From positions 1 through 64,000 of the forward strand of contig JBHGNT010000112.1 of the NCBI GenBank assembly GCA_043228905.1: 64,000 nucleotides of DNA, written 5' to 3'. The notes under the pieces are model-generated. The model saw only the letters and a list, made by a program, of their open reading frames with translations. It was not told the origin of the DNA and ran no database searches. The stretch is from Azolla caroliniana. Taxonomy: Eukaryota; Plantae; Polypodiophyta. The translations under genes were made by a program, and so were the position numbers. Shown here in pieces: positions 43,556 to 58,500 of this stretch; position 1 is the first letter of the stretch, and each line of letters opens with the position of its first letter.

Positions 43556-46314
43556 GTATCATGAGTCTTGTAGAGAGAGAGTTACAGAGAAATAAAGAAG
43601 TTCCATTGAAGCTCGAGTATGAGTTGATCTAGTGTTTTCTTCCTTGTTGCATATATGTGTTGTTTGATGTACATATCTACTGACAGGTCCTCATATTTAC
43701 GCACATCTATCCGAACATCTTTCCATCAAGTGGTATCAAAGCGACTTGCGGTTCAAGGGCAACAAAACAATAGAAATAGCTAAAAGAAAAGACCATATCA
43801 TTAAAATCTCACTTTCAAAAGAGAACATCATGGTTTCAACATCCGGTACAAGGGTTGAAATCAGAAAGTTCGACAACAAAAAAAATTCCCTATGGAAGGA
43901 GAGATGCAGGATATACTTATCATCCGGCATCAAATCGAGGCAATACGGCACACCAACAAGCCAACCTCGATGACAACAGAAGAATGGTACTCACTGGATG
44001 AAATAGCCAGATCGACCATTCGTATGCATCTAACCGAAAACGTCTATTTCAGAATGGCAAAAGAGACGACAATGTTTTCACTGTTGGAAAAGTAACATGT
44101 GTATACGAGAAAAAATCCTCCTCACCAAAACTCATATTCATTCAACAACTGTTCAATATGACGATGACAGAGTCGGACCCATCGACCTCCCACATCAACA
44201 CATTCAATCTGGTGTTTTCTGAACTCTCCTCCCAAGGGATCAACATTGAAGAAGAAGTTAAGGCCCTTGCCCTCCTTTCGAGCTTGCCGGCGAGTTGGAA
44301 GGTATTCTTCATGACATTTTCCAATAGTTGTCCAAATCTAAACTTAGATGAGACAATAGGAAAGTCCTCACCGAGGAAATTTCGCGAAAAATAGATGGGA
44401 CTCGCCATCGATGAGTCAGTAGAAGCCCAATCAATAGAGAGAAAGAGCCAATAGAACTGGTTGGAACACCAATTGACGAGGTAAGAGGGGCGACCGAGAT
44501 CAGTCCAAGTCAAGAAATAGCCAATCAGGTGATTTCTACACTCACTATAGAAAAGCCGACCACAATGTTTCTGACTGCTGGTCAATCAAGAGGAAGGAAA
44601 CCAGTCGACCATTCAAGTGGAACTCCAGATGATCTGATTTGAACTGGTCTCCAATCGGCAACTGGTCAAGAGAAATTCTCTCTATAGAAAACTCATTGAT
44701 CGGAGAAGTCCTATACAGTGCACAAACGTGGTTACTGCTGGACTTCGATGCCACATTCCACGCGACCCCAAACATCGAATGGTTTTCGAACTATTCGGTC
44801 GATGCGTCAAATCCCAGGGCTCAACCCTGGACAAGCGGTGGAAACTACTAGGCTAGAGTACGGTAGGGACAGGCCTAGTCCGACTAGGCAATGGTCAAGA
44901 GTGCAGAATTGCAAGAATCGGTGAAGTACCAATCTGATTGTCAAATGGCAATATGATCACCCTACACCAAGTTTGGTATGTACCCGTACTAAAAAGGAGT
45001 TTGAACTCCATCGGCATGTTACCTGAAGATGGGTACAGAATGACTCTGAGTGAGTCGACATGGATGATTAGCCGAGAAAATCTAAAGATCGGAAACAAAC
45101 ACAAGTACAGTCAAACTATTCGGTCAACGCCAGCGGCACAGTCCGACTAGGCAATGGGAAAGAGTGTAGAATTGTAGGAATTGGCAAAGTACCAATCCGA
45201 TTGTCAAATGCCAATATGATCACCTTGCACCAAGTTCAAGATGTACCCGCACTAAAAAGAAGTATGGTCTCCATCGGCGACTCTGAGTGAGTCAACATGG
45301 ATTATTAGCCAAGGAAATCTAAAGATTGGAAACAGACACACATACAATAACTTGTATCCAAAAATGGCAATCTGTGAACATAGCCGAATCGACCGACCCA
45401 AACCTATAGCATGGTTGACTCGACCATCTGTCACAAGCCGAACTTGACCAACTAATGGCGGTCGGCTACATTCCTAAACTCCTGGTGAAGACGGACTTCT
45501 GCGAGCATTGTCGCTATGGGAAATTGACCCGACGTCTGCATTCTTTCCATTATCAGACGGTATGATAGCTCCTAAAGCTCGTGCACAAAAATATATGTGG
45601 GCCTATGCCCAAGCGATCACTAGGCATCTCCCAATACTTCATCACATTTGTAGATGATTGTACAGGGAAGGTCTCGACCTGCTCAATTAAGTCAAAAGAA
45701 GAAGTACTTGAGATCTTCACCCAGTGGACAGCTGAAGGTGAGAACTGATCAGGATACAGAGTGAAGACGCTCCAGTCCGACAATGGAGGTGAGTACACTT
45801 CCCGAGCCTTCAAACAATACATGTCCAACAAAGGGATCTTGCATCAAAAGACCATTCCATACAAACCCATGCAGAATGGAGTGGCAAAACGGATCAACCA
45901 AACGATCCAAGAAAGGGTGACGACAATGCTCCAGCAAGCTAAAATAAAGCTGGAGTTCTGGGACGAAGCATTGGAGATGACCGTTTACTTGATAAATCTA
46001 TCACCATCCAAAGCAATCAGGCTCGAAGTGACACAGACACTATGGTCAGGCAAACAATCGTCCTATGATAGGTTCACATATTCGGATGCAAAGCCTACAC
46101 ATTCATCCCCAGGGAGAAAATGTCGATCGGCCGGCAGAGCCGATCGAAGTATCCGAACTGATCAATTCGGCACCTAGAATGTCTGGACGAGTTTGAAGGC
46201 TAACAAAGTTCTACCAACTGGGCCTCGACTACGTCAACTACACCGATGCAGGTGAACTAGAACATCATCTCCTTGCAATGATTTATCGAAGACTATGTTC
46301 GGACATGTGATACA

Positions 46315-47870
46315 TGTTATAGAGCAAAGATGCCAAGACGTCGTCCATATGGTTTATTGGAACCATTACCAATTCCAAGCAAGCCGTGGCAGCCCATTTC
46401 TCTAGATTTTATCACAAATCTTCGAGTTTCAAAGGGATTCGATACCATCTTAACAGTAGTAGATCGATATACTAAGATGGCACATTTCTTGCCTCTTACT
46501 AAGGAAATCACTAGTGAAGAAAACACCAAATTTGTCATGTGTGAGGTATTTCGGCATCATGGCCTCCCAGATATTATCATCAGCGACTGTGGACCTGAAT
46601 TTCGTCTCGAAATTTTGGAAGCATCTCTTCAAAATGCTCAAAGTCACTTGTAACCTCTCCTTCGGCTATCACCCTCAAACAAACAGACAAGCAGAATGAA
46701 CAAATCAAACGTTGGAATAGTATCTTTGGTGTTTTCTAAGCTATCAACAATATGATTGGGCGGATATTCTCCACTTTGCCGAATTTGCTTATAATAACTC
46801 TATCCACTCATCGTATAGGGTTACACCATTTTATGCTTATACAAGCTATCATCCTCGGTGATGTGTATTTAAAACTCCAGAGTTACCCACAAATCCTCGT
46901 GTAGATGATCATTTGCAGCAGCTACACAAGATATAGGCAGACCTATCTACCCATTTACATCAATCTCAACAAACACAGAAGGATTATGTGGATTGTCATC
47001 GACTTCCATCCTGTTTAAACATTGAAAATCGGGTATGGCTATTACGACAACACATCAAGACTACTCGACCATGCGATAAATTAGATTATCGTCGATTAGG
47101 TCCTTTATTATCGGAAAAATTAATGATGTCACTTTTCATCTTGATCTACCTCCGCAACTATGGTTACATCCGGTTTTTCATAGTTGTCTTCTCGAACCAT
47201 ATCAAGACAACACTATTCTGAATCGTATTACACCACCTCCACCCCCAATCGAGCTTGAAGGAGAACTGGAGTATGAAGTTGCTTCCATCCTCGATTCCAA
47301 GATTGTTCGCAACAAGCTCTATTATATGATCGATTGGGTAGGCTATAGTCTAAGAGAGCATACTTGGGAACCAGTCGAGAATGTAGCAAATGTTCAAGCT
47401 CTTATAGAGGACTTCCATTGACAATATCCCGACAAACCAGGTTCTCAATCTAAGACGACTCATAACACTCGTTAGTGTCATGATATAGTATGGTGTGACT
47501 TCAAATTGATTTGAACCCATGACCTTGTGTCATATTGGTTGAAACCCTACCATTAAGCTATACATTGTAATATGAAGAATATTGTTTTCATTTATTATTT
47601 CACTTAGGAAATCCGTGTATATTCTAGATTTCTCTTGAACATTCTAGAAATATCAAGAGTACTCCTAAACAAACTATAAAAAGAGGCACATGACATTATT
47701 GAGAACGCCAGTCCTAAGCCTCCTAATTGTTCTTGTATCTTTCTTCATATAATATAATATACTTCTTGTTGTCATCATTATCTCTCTCTCTCTCTCTCTG
47801 ACGTGATTCTCACACACTCTTTCCCTTCTTAGTACTAATCCTAATTCTTCACCTCTATCTTTAGTACCAA
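46315..47870 (+). mobile_element. Chromovirus (Ty3/gypsy) fragment: integrase, chromodomain, probable 3' LTR
   Basis: PYGLLEPLPIPSKPWQPISLDFITNL...VVDRYTKMAHF, YHPQTNRQAE, KLDYRRLGP; chromodomain EYEVASILDSKIVRNKLYYMIDWVGYS...TWEPVENV at ~47269-47418. Confidence 0.88.
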
Positions 47871-48255
47871 TTCTCCTTGCCTCTAGTACTATCCCTGAAA
47901 ATTTTGGCACCATACACTTGTCTTTGGATAATGGTCAAGAGCTCGTGCTCCAAGATGTCAGGTATGTACTTGGCATTAAGAAAAGTTTGCTACTTGTAGG
48001 ACAGATGGGTTTGCATGGTTACACCACATTACTCCGTGGTGGATTGTGGAATCTTAAGAAAGGATCTATGGCTATTGTGACAGGTTGCCAAAAGGGCACT
48101 CTCTACTGTTTGCAATGTAAAGCTTTACATGGAAGGTTTCTTGCTATTGCTGAATTTGATTCTCGTTTAGAGCTTTGGCATAAGAGATTAGGACATATGA
48201 GTCAAAAAGGACTTGAAGTCCTTTTTGCTCTAAAAAGACTTGACGTTAAAGGAGG

Positions 48256-48789
48256 AAAGTTAGTTTTTTTGTAATGATCGTCTATTTGGCAAACAAGTGC
48301 GAAATTCTTATTATTCAGGTGTCCCTCATAAACCAAATGTGCAAGATTTGGTGCATTCTGATGATGTATGCAGCATGCCTGTAGTTGGGCGGTGCTGCAT
48401 ATTTTATTTCCTTTATCAATGATTATTCTAGGAAGTTGGTTTTTTTTGTAATGATCATCTATTTGGCAAACAAGTGCGAAATTCTTATTATTCAGGTGTC
48501 CCTCGTAAACCAAATGTGCAAGATTTGGTGCATTCTGATGATGTATGTAGCATGCCTGTAGTTGGGCGGTGCTGCATATTTTATTTCCTTTATCAATGAT
48601 TATTCTAGGAAGTTGGTTTTTTTTGTAATGATCGTCTATTTGGCAAACAAGTGCGAAATTCTTATTATTCAGGTGTCCCTCGTAAACCAAATGTGCAAGA
48701 TTTGGTGCATTCTGATGATGTATGTAGCATGCCTGTAGTTGGGCGGTGCTGCATATTTTATTTCCTTTATCAATGATTATTCTAGGAAG
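48256..48789. repeat. Near-perfect 177-bp tandem triplication inside a Copia integrase region
   Basis: GTAATGATC recurs at 48271, 48448 and 48625; the antisense ORF 48202-48867 repeats a 59-aa unit three times. Confidence 0.93.
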
Positions 48790-49696
48790 ATTTGGGTGTA
48801 CTTCATGAAAAAAAAACGTGATGCATTTGATGCATTTAAATCTTTTCATGCATTTGTGACCACCCAAAAAGGGACAAAACTGAAATGTCTTTGAACAGAT
48901 AATGGGGGTGAGTTTACATCTGCAGAATTTAAGTCCTTTTGTGACTTACATGGTATTAAAAGAGAGCTTACAACTGCATATAACCCTTCATCAAATGGGG
49001 TGGCAGAAAGGTATAATAGGACATTGTGTGAGCGAGTATGGTGCATGTTGTCCACAACTAATCTTTCTCATGAATTTTGGGGAGAAGCATTAAAATCAAC
49101 GATTCATATATGTAATCATTCTCCCAACACCTTAAAGAATGTAATCCCTGAGGAGGTTTGGTCTGGGAAACCAGCCTCATATGACCATTTACGATTTTTC
49201 GGTTGTGATGCATTTGTACACATTAGAAGTTAGATGAGAAACAAGCTCGATGCTAAGTCCACCATGGGTATTTTTATGGGCTATAGGATTTGGTTACCTC
49301 AGTCTAGAAAAATTGTAAACAGCTGGGATGTTGTTTTTAATGAAGAAAAATTGCTGAAAAATACTTATTCCTCTGTTGGGACCTCTAAGAGCATTACGTT
49401 TCAGCAATTACAGGCATCCAAAAAATCTAAAAATAAACCTCATGATGCTATACCAAAGGTTGAATATGAAGATGATCAACCAGTTATCCTTGAGCTAGAA
49501 GAAGTTGGACAACAAAGAGATGCTCATGAAGGTGTTGGACAACGATATGAAGATACTGAACAACAAAATATAGATGTTGAACATCATGGCAGATAGAACG
49601 TGCTAAAACTGATTTTCCTCCAGATTTAGAACAAATCCCAGAAAATACTGATCATTGGGTACGTAGGTCTAATCATTTAAGGAGGCAGGTATATAG

Positions 49697-52600
49697 TGTT
49701 GGGAAGTCGGTCCCTCCGGATGGGATCCGGTTATGAGCAAAGAGGACCCAGTGAGAATCAAAAGAGATTCGGAAACCGGATCGGATGGACCTGGTGAGGA
49801 CCGGAAGAGATACGGAAACCGGATCGGATGGACCCGATGAGAACCAGAAGAGAAGACATATTTGTAAATATGTTTTGAGTAAGCCTATTGAGGCTATATT
49901 TGTAAATATCCCTAAGTTCTTATGAGTATAAATATGACCTAGGGCAATCACAGAAGTATAGAGAGTTGTCATATTGTTGTATGTGCATAATTGTTGGATA
50001 GAGAGAGAGAGAGAGAGAGAGAGATACAGACCGATGCTCTGTTGTAATCGCCGCTTGGCGAAGATACAAAGCTCGAGGTCGTTGCCTCCGAGTCTCTGAT
50101 TGTACCTTTCCTATATAGTGATAGTTTGGAGTCTGTGGGCTCCTATGGTTTTTCCCTATTAGGGTTTTCCACGTAAACATCTTGTGTACCCTCTATTGTT
50201 CATGCGTGTACATGTACTAATCTCCAACCCAATTACTATGTTTGATTCTTATCGAAGTGATTTAAGACTCAGTTGTGGCCGAGCAATATTCCGTGTTATT
50301 TCCTACAAAGTGGTATTAGAGCGAACAACATAGGAACTGGAAGAATCGTTCGGCGGCATGTTCAAGCTCACCGGCTCCAACTACATAGTGTGGAAGTTGA
50401 AGATGAGGGATATTCTTGTGGTTAAAGATCTTTGGTTGCCAGTTCAATTCGGGGACAAGAGGCCGGATAAGATCGACGCCACAGTGTGGGAGGTGATGCA
50501 CATGAGGACGACGACATACATCCGGTGCTTCATCGACATGAGCCTGTACAACAATTTCAATGAAGAAAGTAAGGCTCATGAACTCTGGGAGAAGATCGGC
50601 ATCATGTTCCAGAACAAGAATGTTGTTAATCGGGTTTCGGTATTCCAGAAGCTAGTGAGGCTCCAACACCAAGACGGCTCCAGTGTGGCAAAGCACATGA
50701 ATGTCTTCCAGCGATTGATAAACCAAGCAACCTCGTTGGAAGTACCTCTCGTCGATGAGGTACTTGCATTACTCCTGCTCGGTTCCCTCCCGGATAGTTG
50801 GGAGACACTAGTTGTCACGCTGGGCAACGTCGGGCCGGAAGGAAAATAGTTTTCCCTAGCAAGGGTAAAATCAAGCTTGCTAGATGAAGAAGCTCACTGA
50901 AAGGACCGGGAGTCCGGAACCAATCCAAAGGTCTTGGTTACAGAAGATGACCACAACCAGGGAAGAAGCCAATATCGGAGTCCCCAAAACTAGGACAAAT
51001 CGGGGATGAGGTTGAAGTAAAGGGGAAGGCCTACTTGCTTCTACTGTGGGAAATCGGGGAACTTCCAGAAGAACTGTCGACATTTCTGGAAAGAGAAAGG
51101 AATCAACAATGCCGATTCGAAGAACAGTTCGGACCGGAAAGGGTCGGATCAGAAGGAAATGTCGGCAATCACGACAAGTGAAGAAGAACTGATGCTCATT
51201 ACCAAGGAGAATGAGTTAAACCTTATCGGCAACGAGACAACGTGGGTTGTCAATTCCGGAGCATCGTTCCCTCTTACACCGGAATGGAGATGCTTCTCAT
51301 CCTACATAGCTAGAGATCATGGTTGTGTCCGGATGGGGAATAAAGGTACATGCTGAATTGTCGGCATAAGAGATGTGTTGTTGAAGACATAAACCGGATG
51401 CAAGTTGTTGTTAAAGGATGTCCGACACGTTCCGGAGGTTCAACTGAACCTGATATCAGCCGGTCGGCTAGATGATGAAGGCTACACGAGTAGCATCCAG
51501 CAAAGGAAGCCTAATTGTGGCTCGAGCCCGGAAGATCAACATGCTATATGTGATGCATGGCCGGATATGCCGGGAAGAAGTGAACGTAGCATCCGACATT
51601 GTCGATGAGTTGTGGCACAAGAGATTGTGTCATATGAGCCAGAAGGGGATGAGAAGACTTGCCGAAGACAACCTCATTTTGGAGGTGAAAGACGTGCATC
51701 TTGAGAAGTGCACTGATTGCTTGGCCGGCAAGCAAAACCGAACCTCCTTCCGGTCAAGATCACCGATAGACGAAATGCACCACTGGAGCTGGTGCATACT
51801 GATGTGTGTCAAGTGGACACGAAGTCACATGTCAGATCACAGTACATCATGACGTTCATAGATGACCACAGCCAAAATTTGTGCGTCTCACCACTGAAGA
51901 CGAAGGTTCAAGTGCTATCCGTCTTCAAGGAGCTCCACACGAGAGTGGAAAGAGAAATCGGCTGGAAGCTGAAGGCGGTTCGAGCAGATAACGGAGGAGA
52001 ATATCGGGGGCAGTTTGAGGAGTAATGTTAGTCGAAGGGAATCCGGCTCGAATTCAATGTGTCGAAGACACTGGAATTGAACGGGCTAGCCGAACAAATG
52101 AACCAGACCGTGATGGAGAGAGTCCGGAGCATGTTGGCACATGCAAAGTTACCCAAGCTGTTTTGGGTTGAGGCGCTGATGACGGCAACTTACGTGATAA
52201 ATAGATCACCCTCAGTACCCTTGGATGTAGATACACCATAGAGAGTATGGACCGATATGGACGTGTCTTACCGGCATTTGAAGGTGTTCGGGTGTCTCCC
52301 ATATGTGCATGTTGCAAAGGACAAGAGAGCAAAGATGGATCTGAAGTCTAGACCATGCATATTCCTTGGATGTGGTGATGATGAGTTCGGTTAGCAGGTG
52401 TGGGATCTGGTCGACAAGAAGGTGTTTCAGAGTCGGGACATAGTCTTCATGGAATACAGGACCATTGCCAATTGGGAGTCGGAAGAAGAAGAAGACACCG
52501 GAACCGGACAAGATCCCAAATCGGATTCGGATTCGAAGCAAACAAAGGAACCAGTAATCAGAAACCAAGGCCGGAGATATCCTCTCTGAGAGAGAAGAGC

Positions 52601-54430
52601 CCCCTGGATATTTCCGAATGCAGAGCATGTATTGTTGACCAATAAGGGGGAGCCAAAAAGTTTCGAAGAAACAAAGAAAGATACCCACAACCCCAAGTGG
52701 TTGAGTGCCATGTAGGACGAGATGGATTCCCTACATGAGAACCACACGCATGAACTGACTGAGTTGCCGAAAGGAAAGAGGGCACTCTGGAACAAGTGGG
52801 TGTACAAGCTAAAATCGGAGATGCAGGAAACCCACTAAGATACAAAGCCCGGATCATGGTGAAGGTATTCCAGTAGAAGAAAGAAGTGGATTTCGACGAG
52901 AACTTTGCCTCGATAGTTAAGATGACTTCTATCCGGACGGTGCTGAGCATAGCGGCAAGCATGGACCTCGAGGTAGAGCAACTAGAAGTAAAGACGACGT
53001 TCCTCCATGGTGACCTCGAAGAAGATATCTACATGCAGCAGTTAGAAGGATTTGTGAAGAAAGGGATGGAGCATTTGGTGTGCCGGTTGAAGAAGAGCTT
53101 ATACAGACTGAAGCAAGCTCCCCAACAATGGTACTGGAAGTTCGACTCCTTCATGACCGACCAAGGGTACCACAAGACACAGGCCGATCATTGTGTGTTT
53201 GTGAAGAAATTTGACGGAGGAGATTTCCTAATACCCCTCCTATATGTGGATGATATGCTGATCTTCGGACGAGACCAAGGCAAGATTCGGATGCTGAAGA
53301 AGGCTCTAAACCAAACCTTCTTAATGAAGGACTTGGGTCCGGCAAGATAGATATTAGGAATGCACATCATCTGGGACCGGTCGAAGAAGCTATTGTGGTT
53401 GTCACAGGAGAAGTACGTGACAAAGGTACTTCAATGGTTCAACATGTTGGAGGCGAAACCGGTCGGATCGACACTTCCGACAAACTACAAGCTATCTGGA
53501 AAACAAAGCCCAAGGACAAAGTCAGAGAAGACAGATACGATGAAGATACCATATGCTTCTGCCGTTGGAAGCTTGATGTATGTCATGGTATGTACCCGGC
53601 CGGATGTCGGATATGCAGTTGGAGTGGTGAGCTGGTTCATGAGCAATCCCGGACGAGAGCACTAGAACGCGGTAAAGTGGGTACTTTGGTATTTGAAAGG
53701 CACCTCGAGTATGTGCCTCCGATTCGGCTCCAGTAAACCCCTCTTGGAAGGCTTCACCAATTCGGATAGTTGATGCGGATACATCCAGATATGTCATGAC
53801 TTATGCAGGGGGAGTTGATTCATGGTAGTCGAGGCTGCAGAAGACGGTTGCGTTATCAACCACAAAGGCAGAGTACATGGCAGTTGTTGAAGCCGGCAAG
53901 GAGATAATCTGGATGAAGGACTTCATCAAAGAGCTAGGGATCCAACAGGAGGAATACCGGCTCTACTACGACAGTCAAAGTGTCATCCACCTTGTGAGGG
54001 ATGCGGCCTACCATTCTTGGACGAAACATATCCAGCGGAGGTACCACTGGATCCGGGAGAAAGTAGAAGATCAAGAGTTCATGCTGACGAAGATCCACAC
54101 GGAGGAGAACGGGTCGGATATGCTGACCAAGGTGTTAACAACTGACAAGCTGGATGCGTGCCGAAAGCAGATCAGTTTGACGAGACATCCCATGCCAGAG
54201 TGAAGGGGGAGATTGTTGAGAAGTTGGTCCCTCCAAATGAGATCCGGTTATAAATGAAGAGGACCCAGTGAGAATTGAAAGAGAAGACATATTTGTAAAT
54301 ATGTTTTGAGTAAGCCTATTGAGGCTATATTTGTAAATAGCCCTAAGTTCATATGAGTATAAATATGACCTAGGGCAATCACAGAAGTATAGAGAGTTGT
54401 CATATTGTTGTATGAACATAACTGTTGTAT

Positions 54431-54462
<32 letters not shown>

Positions 54463-54748
54463 TGATACAGAGCGATACCCTATTGTAACCATCGCTTGGT
54501 GAAGATACAGAGCTCGAGGTCATTGCCTCCGAGTCTCTGATTGTACCTTTCCTATATAGTGATAGTTTGGAGTCTGTGGGCTCCCATGGTTTTTCCCTAT
54601 TAGGGTTTTCCACGTAAACATCCTGTGTACCCTCTATTGTTCATGTGTGTACGTGTACTAATCTCCAACCCCATTATTATGTCTGACTCTTATCGAAGTG
54701 ATTTAAGACTCGGTTGTGGCCGAGAAATATTCCGCGTTATTTCCTACA
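49697..54748 (+). mobile_element. Full-length degenerate Ty1/copia, relative of 16723-22251
   Basis: LTRs 49697-50307 and 54214-54748; TSD TATAG (49692-49696 / 54749-54753); PBS TGGTATTAGAGC 50311-50322; PPT GAAGGGGGAG before 54214; many stops and frameshifts. Confidence 0.95.
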
Positions 54749-55527
54749 TATAGATATGACCCCTCTTTGCATTATGTCATGTTGTTGGATGAGAGTGAAC
54801 GTCTTACTTATAAGGAGGCAATGTCATGTGAACTTAGCAATAAGTTGGAGCTTGCAATGCAAGAAGAAATAAAATCTTTGTATGCAAATGATATTTGGGA
54901 TCTTGTGTGCTTACCTGAAGGAAGGAAAGCTCTTTTGAATAAATTTGTTTATAAAGTAAAGAAAATTGAAGGGAAACCAAAATACAAGGCAAGATTAGTT
55001 GCCAAGGGTTTATGCGCAGAACGAAGGTTTTGACTTCCAAGAGGTCTTCTCTCCTATTGTGAAGATGACCACACTTCATGTGCCATTTGCTCTCACTACA
55101 ATGCTTAATCTAGAGTTGTACCAAATGGATGTAAAGACGGGTTTTTTGCATGGTGATATTGATGAAGAGATCTACATGAAACAACATGAGGGTTTTGTAG
55201 TCCTTAACAAGGAGCATTTGGTATGCAAACTAAAACGTAGCCTGAATGGCCTAAAACAGGCACCATGATAATGGTATAAGAATTTTGATACTTTTATGCT
55301 TTCTCAAGGTTTTGATCGTAGCTATGCAAATCATTGTTTATACACGAAAAAGGATGTCGATGTAGTCCCATCATACTTGTTCTATACGTGGATGATATGT
55401 TGCTAGCTGGGAAAAGAAAGACCAGTCTTGATGCTCTAAAAGATCAACTGAAATCGGTCTTCTCTATGAAAGATTTGGGAAATGCAGAGCATATATTGGC
55501 CATGAGAATCAGTAGAAACAGAAAGGT

Positions 55528-58500
55528 TGTCTAGAATCAAACGCAACTCATGTGAACATGTGCTTATGAAGAAAATGACGATGTGGTCAAAGAATATTAA
55601 TGTCAACTATTAATGTGGTCAAAGAATATTAGATATTCTTATGACAAAATCGTACTCAAGTGGATATCTTGGTTAACTTCCACCAACACATTTTATATGG
55701 TAGTCTCTTGAGGACTTGTATAACCCCCTTTGCCCATTCTGTTTTGTTGATGATCTTTAGTGAATTAACATAGCTCTCTTCAGTGCATAAGTTGTCATCC
55801 CCCTACTATACATTTTCTTATTCTTTTCTGGTTATTCTCTCTAATTTATTCTCTTGCTTATACACCCACTCTATCACACACACAATACACTGCTGAATAC
55901 TGAACTCTACTAGAGTTAGATTCTTTACATGATATAAGAGTGTGAGCGTTAGAGATCCTTCACTTAGCTCTACCATTGAAACTATGTGCGTAGCTAGAAA
56001 CGTTGTTTCAAACTGGCTATCGACGGTGTAGTGTTGCACAACAAGAGGCTCACATTAACAGGAGCATACGAATCAAGCCAATTCAGAAAGATGAATGCAC
56101 AAATGGGTAGCGCACTTCCAACTGAGAAGTTGGACAGGCACAACTACGCATCTTGGGAATATAAGATGCAACAATACTTAGTTGGGCAAGGGTATTGGAG
56201 TTATTATATCGAGGGAGCTCAAGGAACCGCCCTGATATTATAAAGGTAATGTATTGTTTGGCAACATGTGCACAAGATCACATGTTAAGCTATATTCGAG
56301 ATGTGAAAGCCCCTACAGAAGCGTGGAAGTGGCTTCAACCACAACAAGAAAACTTCAACTCCGGTAGATGTTGAACAATATTATTCGGTAGGGGAATATG
56401 TGTATGACAAACTATACCCTTCAGATCAAAGACTTATGCGATTCACTTGGCTCCATGAATGTGGCAGTTGATGATGACGAGATGGTGCATATCTGCCTTG
56501 CTAGCCTCGCACAAAAATATGGCTCATTTCGGACATCCATAACAACTTGCAATCCATGCTAATGGTTGAGGAGAACCATACATGGTCGAAAAGCATGGCA
56601 TCTGATGGGTAGATACTATATACACATGATGATCTCAGTTGAGGTCATGGTCATGGTCGTGGAAATCACAGGAGGAATGGTCGAGGAATAGGTGGACGAG
56701 GTCCACAACAGATTAATTTCGGGCAGCAAGAAGGTCGAAACAACTGAAGGAATTCCATCAAAAAGGGGAGCTTCCACTAGCCTACATCAACTAGGCAGAA
56801 CCAGCAAATTGAGTGCTGGTATTGTGGAAAGCCTGGCCACTTTGAAGCCGAGTGTTGGAAGAAGAAGAATGACTCAGTTGCCTCACCCCGACAACAAACA
56901 AACTATGTTGTGATGGCTGACCTAGAAAACAAAGGACCGATGTTTGTTATGCGACATCGGGCCAATAACATGATAACAAGTGTTTCCCAACCTGATGATG
57001 TCTGGTTCGTGGACTCAGGTGCCTCAAATCACATGAGAAGTCATCAAGAATGGTTCATGAATTTGAGGGAACCCGAGAGACCTGGCGTGGTGGAGACCGG
57101 TGATGACTCCACACACATAATTTAGCACATTGGAGATGTGGCCCTTAACAATCATGACAACAAGGGCTACATGAAGGATGTACAACATGTCCCGACAATC
57201 TCAAAGAATTTGGTCTCGGTTGGCCAAATTGTCGAGCAAGGAATGCAAATACGATTCACCATGAAGGTTGCTTCATCAAGGATAAGGGCCAACTTATCGC
57301 TCATGCAAGAAGAGAACATCACATGTTTATTCTTGATGCGACTAAGGTGAACATAACAATGTATGCAAAGGGACTCAAGGCTGAGTCCAATATTGAGTTG
57401 TGGCAGGTTGGCCATGTAAACCTTGGTAAACTCTTACTAATGCAAACAAAAGGGGTTGTGCATGGATTGCCATGATTTACTTCGAAACATCTTGATAATG
57501 TATGTAAGGCATGCCAACTAGGAAAGCAACATAGGCATCCATTCCTAAGCGAAAGAAATGTGAGTAAAGGCTTGTTGGACACCATCCACTCAGATGTATG
57601 GGGCCCAACTCAAACAGAGACAATCGGTGGGTGTAGGTACTTCGTTACCATCGGTGAATATTCGCAGCATACTTGGATATGCAAGATGAAGTCGAAAAGT
57701 TAAAGAATCGCGTGGAAAATGAGACGAATCGCAAGATTCAATGCTTACGGTCTGATGGTATCCAAGAATACTTCTCAACCAAGTTCAAGGCCTTTCTAGA
57801 AGAGAAGGGGATTCGCGGGGAATTCTCTTGCCGGTACACACCATAGCAAAATGGTGTTGTTGAGCAGAAGAATCGCACAATTCTTGAGATGGCCCGCGCC
57901 ATGTTGCAGGAGAAGAACATGCCCAAGATCTATTGGGCAGAGGCATCAGTTACGGATGTGTATCTCATCAATAGGTGCACGAACGAGGGTGTCCATGACA
58001 TCACCCCTCACAAGAACTATTTTGGGAAAAAGCTAGACCTTTCGCACTTCAAGGTTTTTGGTAACATTGCATTTGTGCATGTACCCGATGAGAAGCGGAG
58101 AAAGCTTGACCTAAAATCAGAGAAGATGATCTTTGTCGATTACTCACTTGAGCAAAAGAGTTATAAGTGTTTAACCCCATCACTCGACAATCACGAATAA
58201 GCAGAGAAGTGGTATTTGATGAGGTGACATCATCGAATGGCGGACATCAGTGATCCCTGTCGTGTTCGAAACAAGCAAATCTGGAGCAGATTCTGAGAGT
58301 GAAGAAGAAGAGATGTTGATGATCATTATGGGTGGAGAACCAATAGAGAGTCTAGCCACACTCCAGCTGACTGGACTTGAGGTGTCATCCAACAATCAGA
58401 GTCTTGCATGACATGAAGAAACCTCTGATGTGTTGTCACCTTGGTGCTACACCCCCAGAAAGAAAACAAAGGGCATGGTACCTGAGCAAGAGGTCAAGGA

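Larger units (their letters stand above)
37971..46300 (+). mobile_element. Older degenerate Ty1/copia whose 5' LTR (~37971-38087 plus 43561-43728) hosts the young Copia
   Basis: PBS TGGTATCAAAGC 43731-43742; gag GTRVEIRKFD..., ALALLSSLPASW; protease WLLDFDATFH; INT LQSDNGGEYTS. A ~260-bp tandem duplication lies near 44870-45350. Confidence 0.8.
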
